Shown one piece after another: positions 13,368-23,908 of a stretch of 38,225 nucleotides of DNA. Position 1 is the first letter of the stretch. Each line of letters begins with the position of its first letter. The notes beneath the pieces are model-generated. The model saw only the letters and a program-made list of their open reading frames with translations. It ran no database searches and was not told the origin of the DNA. A program made the position numbers and the translations under genes. The stretch is from Octopus bimaculoides (taxonomy: Eukaryota): positions 33,181,419 through 33,219,643 of the forward strand of contig NC_068984.1 in the NCBI RefSeq assembly GCF_001194135.2. Reading direction: 5' to 3'.

Positions 13368-14998
13368 GTGAGTGAACCTGAGTAGGGAATATGTTGAATA
13401 AAACCATAATTAACTGGAACATTTAAACACCCCTCGTAATGAATAATGAGATGAATAGCATCATGGTAACGTTGATGAACGTATTGTCTCTAGAACCACG
13501 GACATCGGCGCACGCGAATTTTATCATAAATAATTTTCGGAATATTATCGGATATATTTTTATCATTTCTATTCAGATTGTTTTAGAATATAAGCTAATT
13601 AAGTAGATTATACAATCCAACTTAATTACAAATCAACAAAGAACATCTAATAATCACGTATTCTCTCTAAACATAATATGATTCCGTATGTCAACAATTC
13701 TTATTAACGTCAGATTCGTGATTGGAAACACGGTGCGTTTTCGTGTTTGAAAGCTGACTCGACGAGAGAAGAAACGAAAAGCAGTATTACTCCTTGACGA
13801 CAAATGTCCTTGATGGATAGTGGTGTTATCGTCGACAATACCCATATCAAACATGGATGCTTGTATTGTCCGTCGATATGGCTACTCATATTTATAATCT
13901 CAAGATATAACATCTGAAGAGGACCACTCATTTCTATAGGATTCTATTGGAGTCTTTTGTGCACCACTCGTGGTTATCAAATGTCTTTTTACACAATTTC
14001 TGTTTAACGACATCCTTTTATCTCATTGAAGTTGTACTCAGATTTTTTATACCGCTAATTATTTCTTAAGATAGTATTCTTCACATTATTTGTAGATAGC
14101 CAACTCGTTCGAAGTATAACTGCAAAAATATCTCTGCTACTGGCTTTAGCTTTCTCTCGGAGAATGCTTTTCTAGGACTTCCATTGCCTATGATGTTTCA
14201 TGTGTTTCATCTGATACAATTGACTAGATTGCCAAAGTGAGATATTCTCCATTTAATATATATATATAAACACACGCGTAATTCCACCAATATCACCAGA
14301 CTATCTTTCCCCACATTTCAGCGTTTTGGCCTTAGCAAGTATTGAAGCGAAAACTATTACCCGCAATATATTTGGAACACAAAACACATAGTCATGTGTC
14401 TAGTGTGTAACCACTAATGATTGAGGAATAGCAACACCTTTCCGATAAAAACTCTGAGAAATAATGATTCGTGGGCTAAGAGATGCTTGTTCCTGATTAA
14501 ACTGGGCCCCGTTGTTGTTGTTTATGACAACACCCAACCAACAATATTGTATATTTAATCTGAAAGTGTAGCAGTATCAATGCACTAAGTGGACCGGAGA
14601 AGGCCACGATTTCAATGTATCTTTCTGGTCGTTGACACTTTCCTCTGTCACGCAACTTTCTAACAGTCTACTGGGTCAGGTAAACGTTTATTTTCTAGCT
14701 TCTTAGTTTTAGTTTCGCTGCTGACCGAAGTATGGGAGAAAGAAGATGATCGTTGTGCTTTGAATAATGTAGGCATTACTTTCTTTATTTCTACCACCAT
14801 AACACTTTCCTTATTTCAAAAGAAATATTTTAATTTTAAGTTGTAAAATATCAGTGGCATGAAGTGCATGTTTCCGATTGTTTAATGATGATGGCGTGTT
14901 TTTGTTTGTGTGGTGTTGTGTGTGTGTGTGTGTGTGTGGGTGTGGGTGTGTGTGTGTGTGTATGTGTGTGTATGACTCTGTGTGTGTATTTGTCTCTT

Positions 14999-15157
14999 CC
15001 TCCCCCACAACATCGCTTGATGATCGATTCTGGAGTGTTTATGTCCTTGTAACAAGTCCTAGTAACACGTTCCCATAAGTCGATGTGTTCGACTAAATGC
15101 GGTACTCCGCATGGCCGCAGTCAAATTATTGAAACAAGTAAAAGAAAAGAAAGAAAA
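14999..15157 (+). mobile_element. SINE 3' portion (same family as 239-445), internally deleted
   Basis: ccccacaacatcgcttga...catggccgcagtcaaattattgaaacaagtaaaagaaaagaaag is the reverse complement of motifs at 10181-10345. Confidence 0.85.
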
Positions 15158-16285
15158 TACCTTTAAGGCGCGATTCCTGTATTTATGCAATACCCTTACA
15201 TATTCCTGTAATACACGCTACATTGGGAGCTGTTGCATAACATATCTGAATACTACACAGTATTTTCTGTAAAAGTTTCTTTTTCTGCTGTTATTAAAAG
15301 TTTTTAATTACGTGTGAATTCCTAATGGCATGTAGCAATGACGTTAACTTCAGGATAAATATGGCTTAGTGACTGCAGTAACAATGACGGGGCATAATGT
15401 AATGAGGAATAAAAACAGCCACATGTTATTTTAATGACCGTAATGGTTGCCGATAATTATGAGAGAAATATTAAAAACACATTTATTCACAAATTTAGCA
15501 ATATGTATAAAAACAGTATAACAAATTAGCGACGCCTATGACAATAATGATTCCCAATAATAGCAATATGAAATTAATATGATTAGAAAGGCTGTAAATT
15601 TATAGAGTTAAGGAGGAATTTTATAAAGTCGAACCTATATTTTACTAACTCTTACATTTGTTAGTGAAAGATCAATGAATATCAAAATCAATTACAGTTG
15701 AAATTCAAACTCCCATATATACATCACGTAACTGAAATATTACTGACAGCAATGGCATAGAAGCATCAGGAATCAAAACCAAATTTTTTAATATAGTTAT
15801 TTCATAAATGCTTTAAAAATGTCATTAGAGATAAAATATTGTCTAACAGAAATAATATGAACAACACTAACACCATTTGTTATTATAATCACTAATATTT
15901 CAACTATTAGTGGAGGAAAAATGAATATTAGTGAAAGGAAAAATAACTACATCGATATTTAATCTTCTGAGAAGTACACTAAACCGCAGTTATTTCTTTT
16001 TAATTAGATCAAATCTATATAATAGTAGGGAACGTGGTGCAAACAGTAAATGTAACTGGCAATGTTGTTGTAGCTCTACAGGAGGTAAAATCCTGGCATA
16101 ATTCTGGAAGGGAAAGCGACTCGTCAGATAGAACACTATATATTGAACATCATTACCAACAGCAAAATGTCAATGTTTCTCCAAATTTTTCCACCCACTT
16201 ATCACTTTAAGAATATGACATTATCCAATGGAACTTGTCTGAACATACAAATAAAAGTCATCTCTTGAAAGAGCCATAATCATAC

Positions 16286-16366
16286 TTGAAAGAACCATTT
16301 GCATCAAGAGTCTTTAATGCATTAAAGATTCTTGATCGGAAATAATCTGGGTAACCTGATTTTCGG
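16286..16366 (-). CDS. Candidate 81-nt exon (RKSGYPDYFRSRIFNALKTLDANGSF, phase 2-2)
   Basis: Acceptor tttatgtttcag, donor AA|gtatga. One of the three frames is open across the whole interval. Confidence 0.25.
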
Positions 16367-16639
16367 CTGAAACATAAATAATGCCAAATATTTATAAACG
16401 ATATATGAAAGTCTCAAACATTCAACTGGTTTTGCATTGAATGACTCCAAATTAGGAGGATAAGGACACTTAATCTTGAAAAGAATATAATATTCACTGC
16501 GGATCATAAATGCATAAACATCCAATATATATATGAAAAGAACATAACGAAATATGTAATAATCGAATAGATAAAACACAGCAAAAGACTAGAGCTCTTG
16601 TATATTAAGATTTATTACACTAAAAACTCAAACGAGTAC

Positions 16640-16685
16640 ATACACATGCATACATACAAACACATAAATGCACACACACTCACAT

Positions 16686-16718
<33 letters not shown>

Positions 16719-16989
16719 CATACACATATGATTTCACGTATATATGTAATATATGCGTGCGTACATTCGACAATACATACATAAACATATGGATATTTAT
16801 CTATGTATAGTACACACATAAACATACATATCTACATATTCATATGCACATATGTGGATTTATATGTGTATGTATGTTTATATATATATGCACATACATG
16901 CATGCATACATACATGCATGCATACATACATACATATATACATACATGCATATACATTTATATATACAGACATACGTACCTACATACCT

Positions 16990-17044
<55 letters not shown>

Positions 17045-17070
17045 TGCGTATGTTAGTGTCCATGTATTAT
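16640..17070. repeat. Compound (TA)n/(CATA)n/(CA)n microsatellite
   Basis: Visible arrays. Confidence 0.9.
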
Positions 17071-17439
17071 ATGTGTATGTACAATTTCCTATTTCATATT
17101 TTGAACTATGTGTAGAAAATTATTATTCATAATAGGATTTTACCGAAACCGTTATCAGATATGAGGAGAATGATAAATTTTATCTCTATTTGCTAAACAT
17201 TTCTGAGCATGAAACCAAAAATAACGCAAAAAACTGGAAGCCATTATTGTTTAACCTACGTATAAAAAATTTCTAATAATTTTTTTAATGTGTCCCCGAA
17301 AAAATAAAAAAAAGTAGTGTGTTGCTTTCGGCGGTTTCTTAATATGTCTGGCAATTGTATAATACATCTTGATATATATATGAATATACAACCCACGCAT
17401 ATGCATAAATGAATACTCATTGATTGCCATACACTTACC

Positions 17440-17839
17440 GATACACACATATGTGTATAAGTGTGTGAGTATGAGTTTATGCAATATATATATGTATGTA
17501 TGTATGTAAGTATGTGTATATGTATGTATGGATATATACATATATGTATATATGTATACATATATGTATACATATATGTATACATATATGTATATATGTA
17601 TATATGTATATATATGTACATATATATATATATGTATATATATGTGTAGATATATATATATGTGTGTAGATATATATATATATACACTTAAGTGGCAATA
17701 TACTACACTTTATCGTGCAGTTACTGTTAATACTTCATTTAGAGAATTAACATTGCTTGTTTTCACCTTTTCAATATCAGTGAAGAATGTCACTGGAAAA
17801 GANNNNNNNNNNTATATGTATATATGTATATATATGTAC

Positions 17840-17872
<33 letters not shown>
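17440..17872. repeat. Compound TA/TG microsatellite spanning a 10-N gap
   Basis: Visible arrays. A 48-nt block is repeated on both sides of the gap. Confidence 0.9.
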
Positions 17873-17874
<2 letters not shown>

Positions 17875-18299
17875 GTGTCTCTAACATTGAGCCAGTCATT
17901 TCAGTTTTCTTTGAAAATTCTCCTCAGGAGTCGAATAAATTCGAAAGTGCTTTCACCTATTATATTAGTACACACAAGCTTATGTTTGTATGTATGTGTG
18001 TATGTATGCGTGTATGTATGTACGCATTTATACATGCATGTATGTATATATGCAAGTAAAATTTCAGAAACCCTGCGAATAAAGGACAACTAGCACTACT
18101 TGTGGTATACCTGTGTATACCTATACAGCTGAAAAGATATGTGACGATTGGGAGACGAAAACAAGGTCGTTTGTCATCTCACAAATGCTAGCTGTTTTAT
18201 GTTTAAAGTGTATTTCAATAACTTAAATACACTTACTAGATAAATCTGTAGCAATGCAAGATCAAGTACAAAGTAAACTACTGAAGTAAAAATAGAATA

Positions 18300-19360
18300 A
18301 CAATTGGCGCCTAACCATATATTTCGACATTTCGGAGTTATAGCCACTTCCTGAACATTCCTGAAAATGAAGACCGGAATAAACATTTGCTCAGATATGT
18401 GGGGTACGATGGGGAGATGGGCAGAGTGATTTTGTTATGATAGCGAATATCCTTCGTGTAGCTCTTCCTCTTAATAAGGAGGGCCACACCTCCATCATTA
18501 AAGTTTGCCTGTATTACGTTGAGTGATCCTGATGGGTACTTTAAATTTCTGGATCTATCAGGTCTGTAAGTATTTATTTGCGGACTAAGTGTTTGCGTGC
18601 ATGTATTAATTGATGCGAATATGCCGTTATTTGGTGGCGTTTCCTAAGTTGAACGCACCACATTTGTTTCAGATGATCTCGTAAACCAGGTAGGCCCTCG
18701 CGAACGTTTTGAAATTATTGCTGGGGATAGCAGATAGTGAGCAGCTCAAGATGCTGTTTGTGGTATGATTTCTTAGCAGAAATTTCCTTAGGGGTACACA
18801 CGTGTGCACTATCTCTCTGTTACATCCCTCCAAGCGGATTGTATAATGAATTGCGGCCGAGGTTCTGTTCCTGAAATATAGTGATTTTATGAAGAACATG
18901 TCAGACGTAAGAGACCTGTCTCTTTATGAACAGTACTGATTTCAGCATTGCTTAAATTTAGTCCTTTGGCGAAAGCCAGAGTATAGACGCTATTTATTAA
19001 CAACTTGTAGAACAGCCTATTGGTGTTAGCTTTGTGAATTGTGTTGCTGAAGCTGTCGCATATACGTGCAATTTCATTTCTTAAGTGGGTGGCTTTGGCT
19101 TAGCTGGGCAGGGCTAACTCACAGTACACAGCGCTTCTTTACTAGCATCTTTCTCATAACATTTGGCGTGGATAGAGCCCTTTTTCGTAATCCTGATTTT
19201 GAAATTGAGCAGAAAGTGTCTGATACTTAATTTCAAATATTATATTGTTGTCAACACTGTTAAATCTCTGGTATACGCAGGGAACCACTTTTGGGGAGAA
19301 TGTGAGCAGTAGTATATCGTCAACATACCTAGACAGAAAGATGCCGGGGAACACAAGTGT
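18300..19360 (-). mobile_element. Penelope-like retroelement fragment (RT C-terminus/thumb plus GIY-YIG endonuclease), decayed
   Basis: ORF 19154-19354 contains FLSRYVDDILLL (RT catalytic YxDD). A frameshifted FLLNFKIRITKKGSIHAKCYEK follows. ORF 18669-18899 ends RAYLVYEII*NKC (GIY-YIG N-terminal strand). Confidence 0.85.
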
Positions 19361-19361
19361 T

Positions 19362-20056
19362 CAGTATCGTGCACTCCAGTCGGTCCATTTACCTGATGGG
19401 CAGCAGAATTGAGAGGCTTGATTTCATTGCCAGACCTGAGACCTGCTTGTGTAAAAACACAAGCAGGTCTCAGGTCAGTAAACATCATAACATGGATCGT
19501 ATTCTGAAGTCTGACATGTACTTTCTAAAACTAAAATATTTCGGCGACAGAACACCTGCTACTATCCATCATAAATCCGCAGAGAAGGACTTAAGATACA
19601 GATGATGTATACTTGTCTTTCCTGAGGAAATTATTGCACAGAAATCATACAATAAACCGTATCTTAAATTGCAAACTTTGGGATTGCCCCATCAACGATT
19701 TCAAAATGTGCTGGAGGGCCTACATAGTTTACGAGGTAGTTTGCAACAAATGCAGTGCATTGGGAGAACCACCAAGAAAAGTGTATACACATCAAGGAGC
19801 AGATGCGCACTAGCATTTAGTTTGTAAATACATAAAGAAGTGTCAGACCCAATATTTACAGTATCAAACAGGTTTACTCAGCTTTAGGAGCATGCAGACT
19901 CTCCTTAATAAGATGATATCAGACCTAAAAAAACAGAAAGCAACACTGGTCTGCGCATGCCACAATTCCACTCCACTTGTCTGAGAAAAGACTTATTCCA
20001 TCCGTCAATTTTACAGTTATTCTAAAGTAATGGTCATAAACCTGGAATACTGAAAT
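19362..20056 (+). mobile_element. Penelope-like fragment (linker plus GIY-YIG), homologous and head-to-head to 18300-19360
   Basis: SDMYFLKLKYFGDRTPATIH, LRKLLHRNHTINRILNC and RAYIVYEVVCNKC match SDMFFIKSLYFRNRTSAAIH, LRKFLLRNHTTNSILSC and RAYLVYEII of the minus-strand copy. Confidence 0.8.
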
Positions 20057-20074
20057 TTAAGGTAAAACTGCAGC

Positions 20075-20323
20075 TGTTGATCTCTTTTCACTTTTGTAAT
20101 TTACTTTGTATTACATTTCGCACCTTTTCGGCCGTATCTAAGTTTACTCTTGTGTCGACGCCCCCAAGCGAAGACGTAGGATCGACCAATACATATAAAT
20201 AGAGGTTGTCTAGCCGTGGTAGAGGAGTTCAGTAGCAATTGAGTAGCCCTCGTGTAGCGGTTGAGTAGAGATCATCCGAAGGTGCTAGATAGAAGTAGCT
20301 TGAGACATAACATTTACCAAACA
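20075..20323 (+). mobile_element. Possible solo LTR-like segment
   Basis: TGTTG...CAAACA ends, an internal TATAAATA near 20194 and GC above the flanks. No target-site duplication found. Confidence 0.3.
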
Positions 20324-22287
20324 CAATATCGCTCATGCTTCACCCAATCTAATGTTCTTTCAATACAGTTTAAGAAATAGTAATGCTAATTTAACCTTAA
20401 ATTTTTACTAAACATTCCAAAACTGTTACTTTATGAGTTTATTGAAAAATGATTATGAAAATTATTTGTAAATGATAAAATTCGCATTTCGTAATACATT
20501 ATTCTGATTCATTTTAGAATGAACGAAAACACTATAAACGTACTTGTAACAGCCGAATTTAAAACCTTTTATTATGACTTTCAAGTAGCTATTACATAAA
20601 TTATTTCGGTTCAAAGGCTATCAAATATATCTATTATTTATTTCTCAAGTATTTATTTGTGATCACTTTGTTGTGAGGAAAATTTTGAAATAATATAATC
20701 ATATTACTGAAGACATCAGATTTGTAATTATATTATATCGAAAAATTTTCAAAACATAATGGAAATAATATGTAATTTAATATGGAAATGCTGCTCTAGT
20801 ATAAAAATAAGCATATGGTAGCAAAATATCGATAGGGATATCTATAGCTAGATTGCTAAATAAGTTCCCAAAAGGATCGATTATTACATTTGTTACTCAG
20901 TACATGTAAATTTTATTATGTGTATGTTATAATAACTATTGATCACAATACCTAATTCAACAAATATGAAATCACACTCTATGCACATTAGCTCAGATGT
21001 ATGAAAATTATAATTGTATTATAAAAATAAATTTCCGTTTAAAATTTATAGCTCCAATTATATTAGGTCTCTGTAAGAAGTCCTATAATATATGTAAATT
21101 ATGTGGCGAGAATCAAGACTCATATATAATATGATATATCTTCTTTTACAAATTTCTCTTCATATTAATAAATATACGTAAATATATCTTTTGTGGAAAG
21201 GAAAGATAATGGTGTGTCTACAATTTTTTCCGATTTATTATCAATATTTTAACTATCACCTCGATAAGAGTAAACAACATTCAGTTTTTTAATGTATTAA
21301 ACACTAAAATGAGCAGGTTGTAATAGAGATATTATGTGGCTGCAGAAAGAGTCGAGAACAAAAATTGTAAGAATGAAAAGCGTGTAATTATAATATATCA
21401 TATATATGCTTTAAAAGCAGCGTAATTAAATGTCAATATAAATGATCAAACATCTAGGTAGACAGTTTATTCATAGCATACGTAGATGCTCTTTTATATA
21501 AGACATAAGCTTTTTTGCTTCTTCTATAAGAAGTCATATATATTGCCAATAGTTCCTAACAAAATCAAATTAATTAGATTTGAATACTCTTTATGTGTGT
21601 ATTGTCATTGGACTAGAGGGTGATGGTTTTCCATTTTTGAGAGCATTTCTCGTATAAGCTGATAGCTTATATTTTCCATGATATTTAACAATGTTGGTAT
21701 AGTTTCCAGTGGGCAAATGCCACAGTTTTACATTACTTGTAAATGTGTTATTTTTAAGCAGGGAAAGATAATTTGGTTAATTGTTTCTTTCTAGCCAACA
21801 TGTTATATTCAGTAAAGATTTTCTGCTTCATCTCATGATTTCAGAGGATACTGCTGCAAAGACACTATTTTATGCTGTATGAAAAAACATTCTTCGTTCA
21901 TTAGCCTCTGAGCTTTTTTCATCCGGTTATTTTATTTATTTATTTATTTATCTATTTATTTGTCTAATTCTATATACGCCTCGAGGTTTCTCTGTCTGCT
22001 TCCGCTTTGTTCAAATGCTTATTTTTAAATATGAACTATGTAGAAGTTTTAAGTATTTCAGTATTTAGATTTTTTAGTTAATTCATAATTTCTGAAGTTC
22101 TTTATTTCATCACTACGTTTTGAAAAGCTGTCTTGTTTTTTTCACTATTTTGTATTTGATCAGCTTCTCTTTTTATTTGTGTTTCATACTTATTTTATCA
22201 GTTTTTTTTTTAAAGTCAAATAAATGACACGTATATAACATTCTTCTTCTGCTCTAGGGACCAATTCTGTAGGATTTTTCTCTTCTC

Positions 22288-22832
22288 TCAAAGCCCTTCA
22301 AACTTTGTTTTTGCAAGTAGTGGTTTTCTGATTGCAGCCCACAAATACGGTCTAGTGCAGCTCCTGGTGAACAGTTTTTGTGGAAACTGAGTTCTCGAAG
22401 TGGTAATTAAGCTCTGAAGTATTTTGGGGAGCTGTAGTTTTGTTATCGTTTCTAACAATTCGTGTAAGTTTGGGTTTTCTTGCGGGGTTTTGTTTCGACG
22501 AGGAGTATTGCCCTCTTTCTCAACGGCTGTGATTACTTTCGGGACAGTACTTCTTGATAAACCAAATATTTTGGCTGTTTTCGTTACGCTAGCGCTTGCC
22601 ATACGGGCAAAAACAATTTGGCCTCTTTGAAAGTCCGATAAATCTGTCATTTCAATAAATTTTCACTACCTTTTTCTGATGATATCTGAAAAGAAACAGC
22701 AATGTTTTCAAAACATATTAAGCAACACTAATAATAAATCAAGATACATAAAAATAAACAAACTTTTGACGGTTTTATTGGTATTTCAAAATTATGATTC
22801 TATGATGCTACCATTATTGTGTTCAACCCTTG
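22288..22832 (-). mobile_element. Tc1-type DNA transposon 5' fragment (TIR plus transposase N-terminus)
   Basis: ORF 22288-22650 begins MTDLSDFQRGQIVFARMASASVTKTAKIFGLSRSTV (Tc1 paired-like HTH). The terminus TA|CAAGGGTTGAACACAATAATGG lies at 22832. Confidence 0.85.
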
Positions 22833-23265
22833 TATATATATATATATATATANNNNNNNNNNNNNNNNNNNNNNNNNNNNNNNNNNNNNNNNNNNTAGGA
22901 CGTTTCGATTTAAGACGTTCTCGATTATATGTCTGTTTTCAAAAATATTACATGGAAAAAAAAATGAAGTTAAGTAATCTTACTATTTAATAAATAAGAA
23001 TAAAAGCATATAAAATCATATTAAAATACAAAAGAAAATGTTAAGATACACACCATAAAGTACTATAGCTTAGTGAACGAAATCATAAAATCAGCTGTGT
23101 TGTCTAGTTTATAGGTCTTTCGGAAATCATATTGCACTGTAGTTCTAATATCTACCGTTAGACATCGTTGTCACTCGTAATTTCTGCGGTTGTTTTGAAA
23201 TCAGATTTGTTTACGTCAGTTTATCAGCTACTTTCTCATTCATTTGCAACTTTATTTGTTGTCCC

Positions 23266-23815
23266 ATGTCTCCTAAGAACATTCTTTGTGAAAGTGCTAA
23301 GCGTCATGGTATTATAACGCTGGAAAATATACTGGCTATGATAAAACGCCAAGAAAAAGGTGAAAAAGTGGTAGCAATTTCACGATCTCTTGGGATGAAT
23401 CAGACAACTGCATCAACGATTGTACATAATAAGGACAAGATTTTAGCACATATCAAATTTGAAGCCTCAGGAATGAAGAACACTTGTCATCAATAAGAAA
23501 AGAGGCAAGATCTTTGAAGAAATGGAAAGTCTTCGTTCTCTTTGGATTGTTAGATTGAATCGTCAGCGTGCTACTATTAGTCAAGAAATCATTTAAGAGG
23601 AAGCGCTGTCTTTGTTACAGGACCTGAAGAAAAGACATTCAGATGAGAAAGGCGAGTCAAGGATGATTCAGGAGATTTATGGAGCGAAGAAGTTATCACG
23701 GTGAAAGTGGATCAGCTGACGAACAAGCAGCAGCGGAATTTCCTAATGCATTGAAGAAAATCATCGAAGAAAATGGGTTTGTTCCCGAACAGATTTTTAA
23801 CGTAGACGAAATATT
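23266..23815 (+). mobile_element. Tigger/pogo (CENP-B-like) transposase remnant
   Basis: MSPK...ITLENILAMIKRQEKGEKVVAISRSLGMNQTTASTIVHNKDKI (psq-type HTH). Downstream frameshifted pieces include AAAEFPNALKKIIEENGFVPEQIFNVDE (first D of the DDE triad). Confidence 0.85.
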
Positions 23816-23880
23816 ACTTGAATACCAGAGGTAGAGTAATATGCTTTATTACAAAGCAGCAAAAATATCACAAAAAATGT

Positions 23881-23908
23881 TACTCGGCTTCACCTTCCGG
23901 TTCGTCAG
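23881..23908 (-). ncRNA. Minimal hammerhead ribozyme-like core, probably inactive
   Basis: The minus strand reads CUGACGA-ACC(GGAA)GGU-GAAG-CCGAG-UA. It has CUGANGA, a 3-bp stem II with tetraloop, one substitution in GAAA, and a GUA triplet. Stem I is not canonical. Confidence 0.55.

Noticed and set aside
13710-13931. Minus-strand ORF with ILLFVSSLVESAF, resembling Cys-loop receptor TM3
   Set aside because: The match is too loose, TM1/TM2 signature residues are absent, and there are no supporting exons.
17593-17860. 48-nt exact direct repeat (17593-17640 and 17813-17860)
   Set aside because: It flanks a 10-N gap within a microsatellite and is most likely a scaffolding or haplotype overlap artefact.
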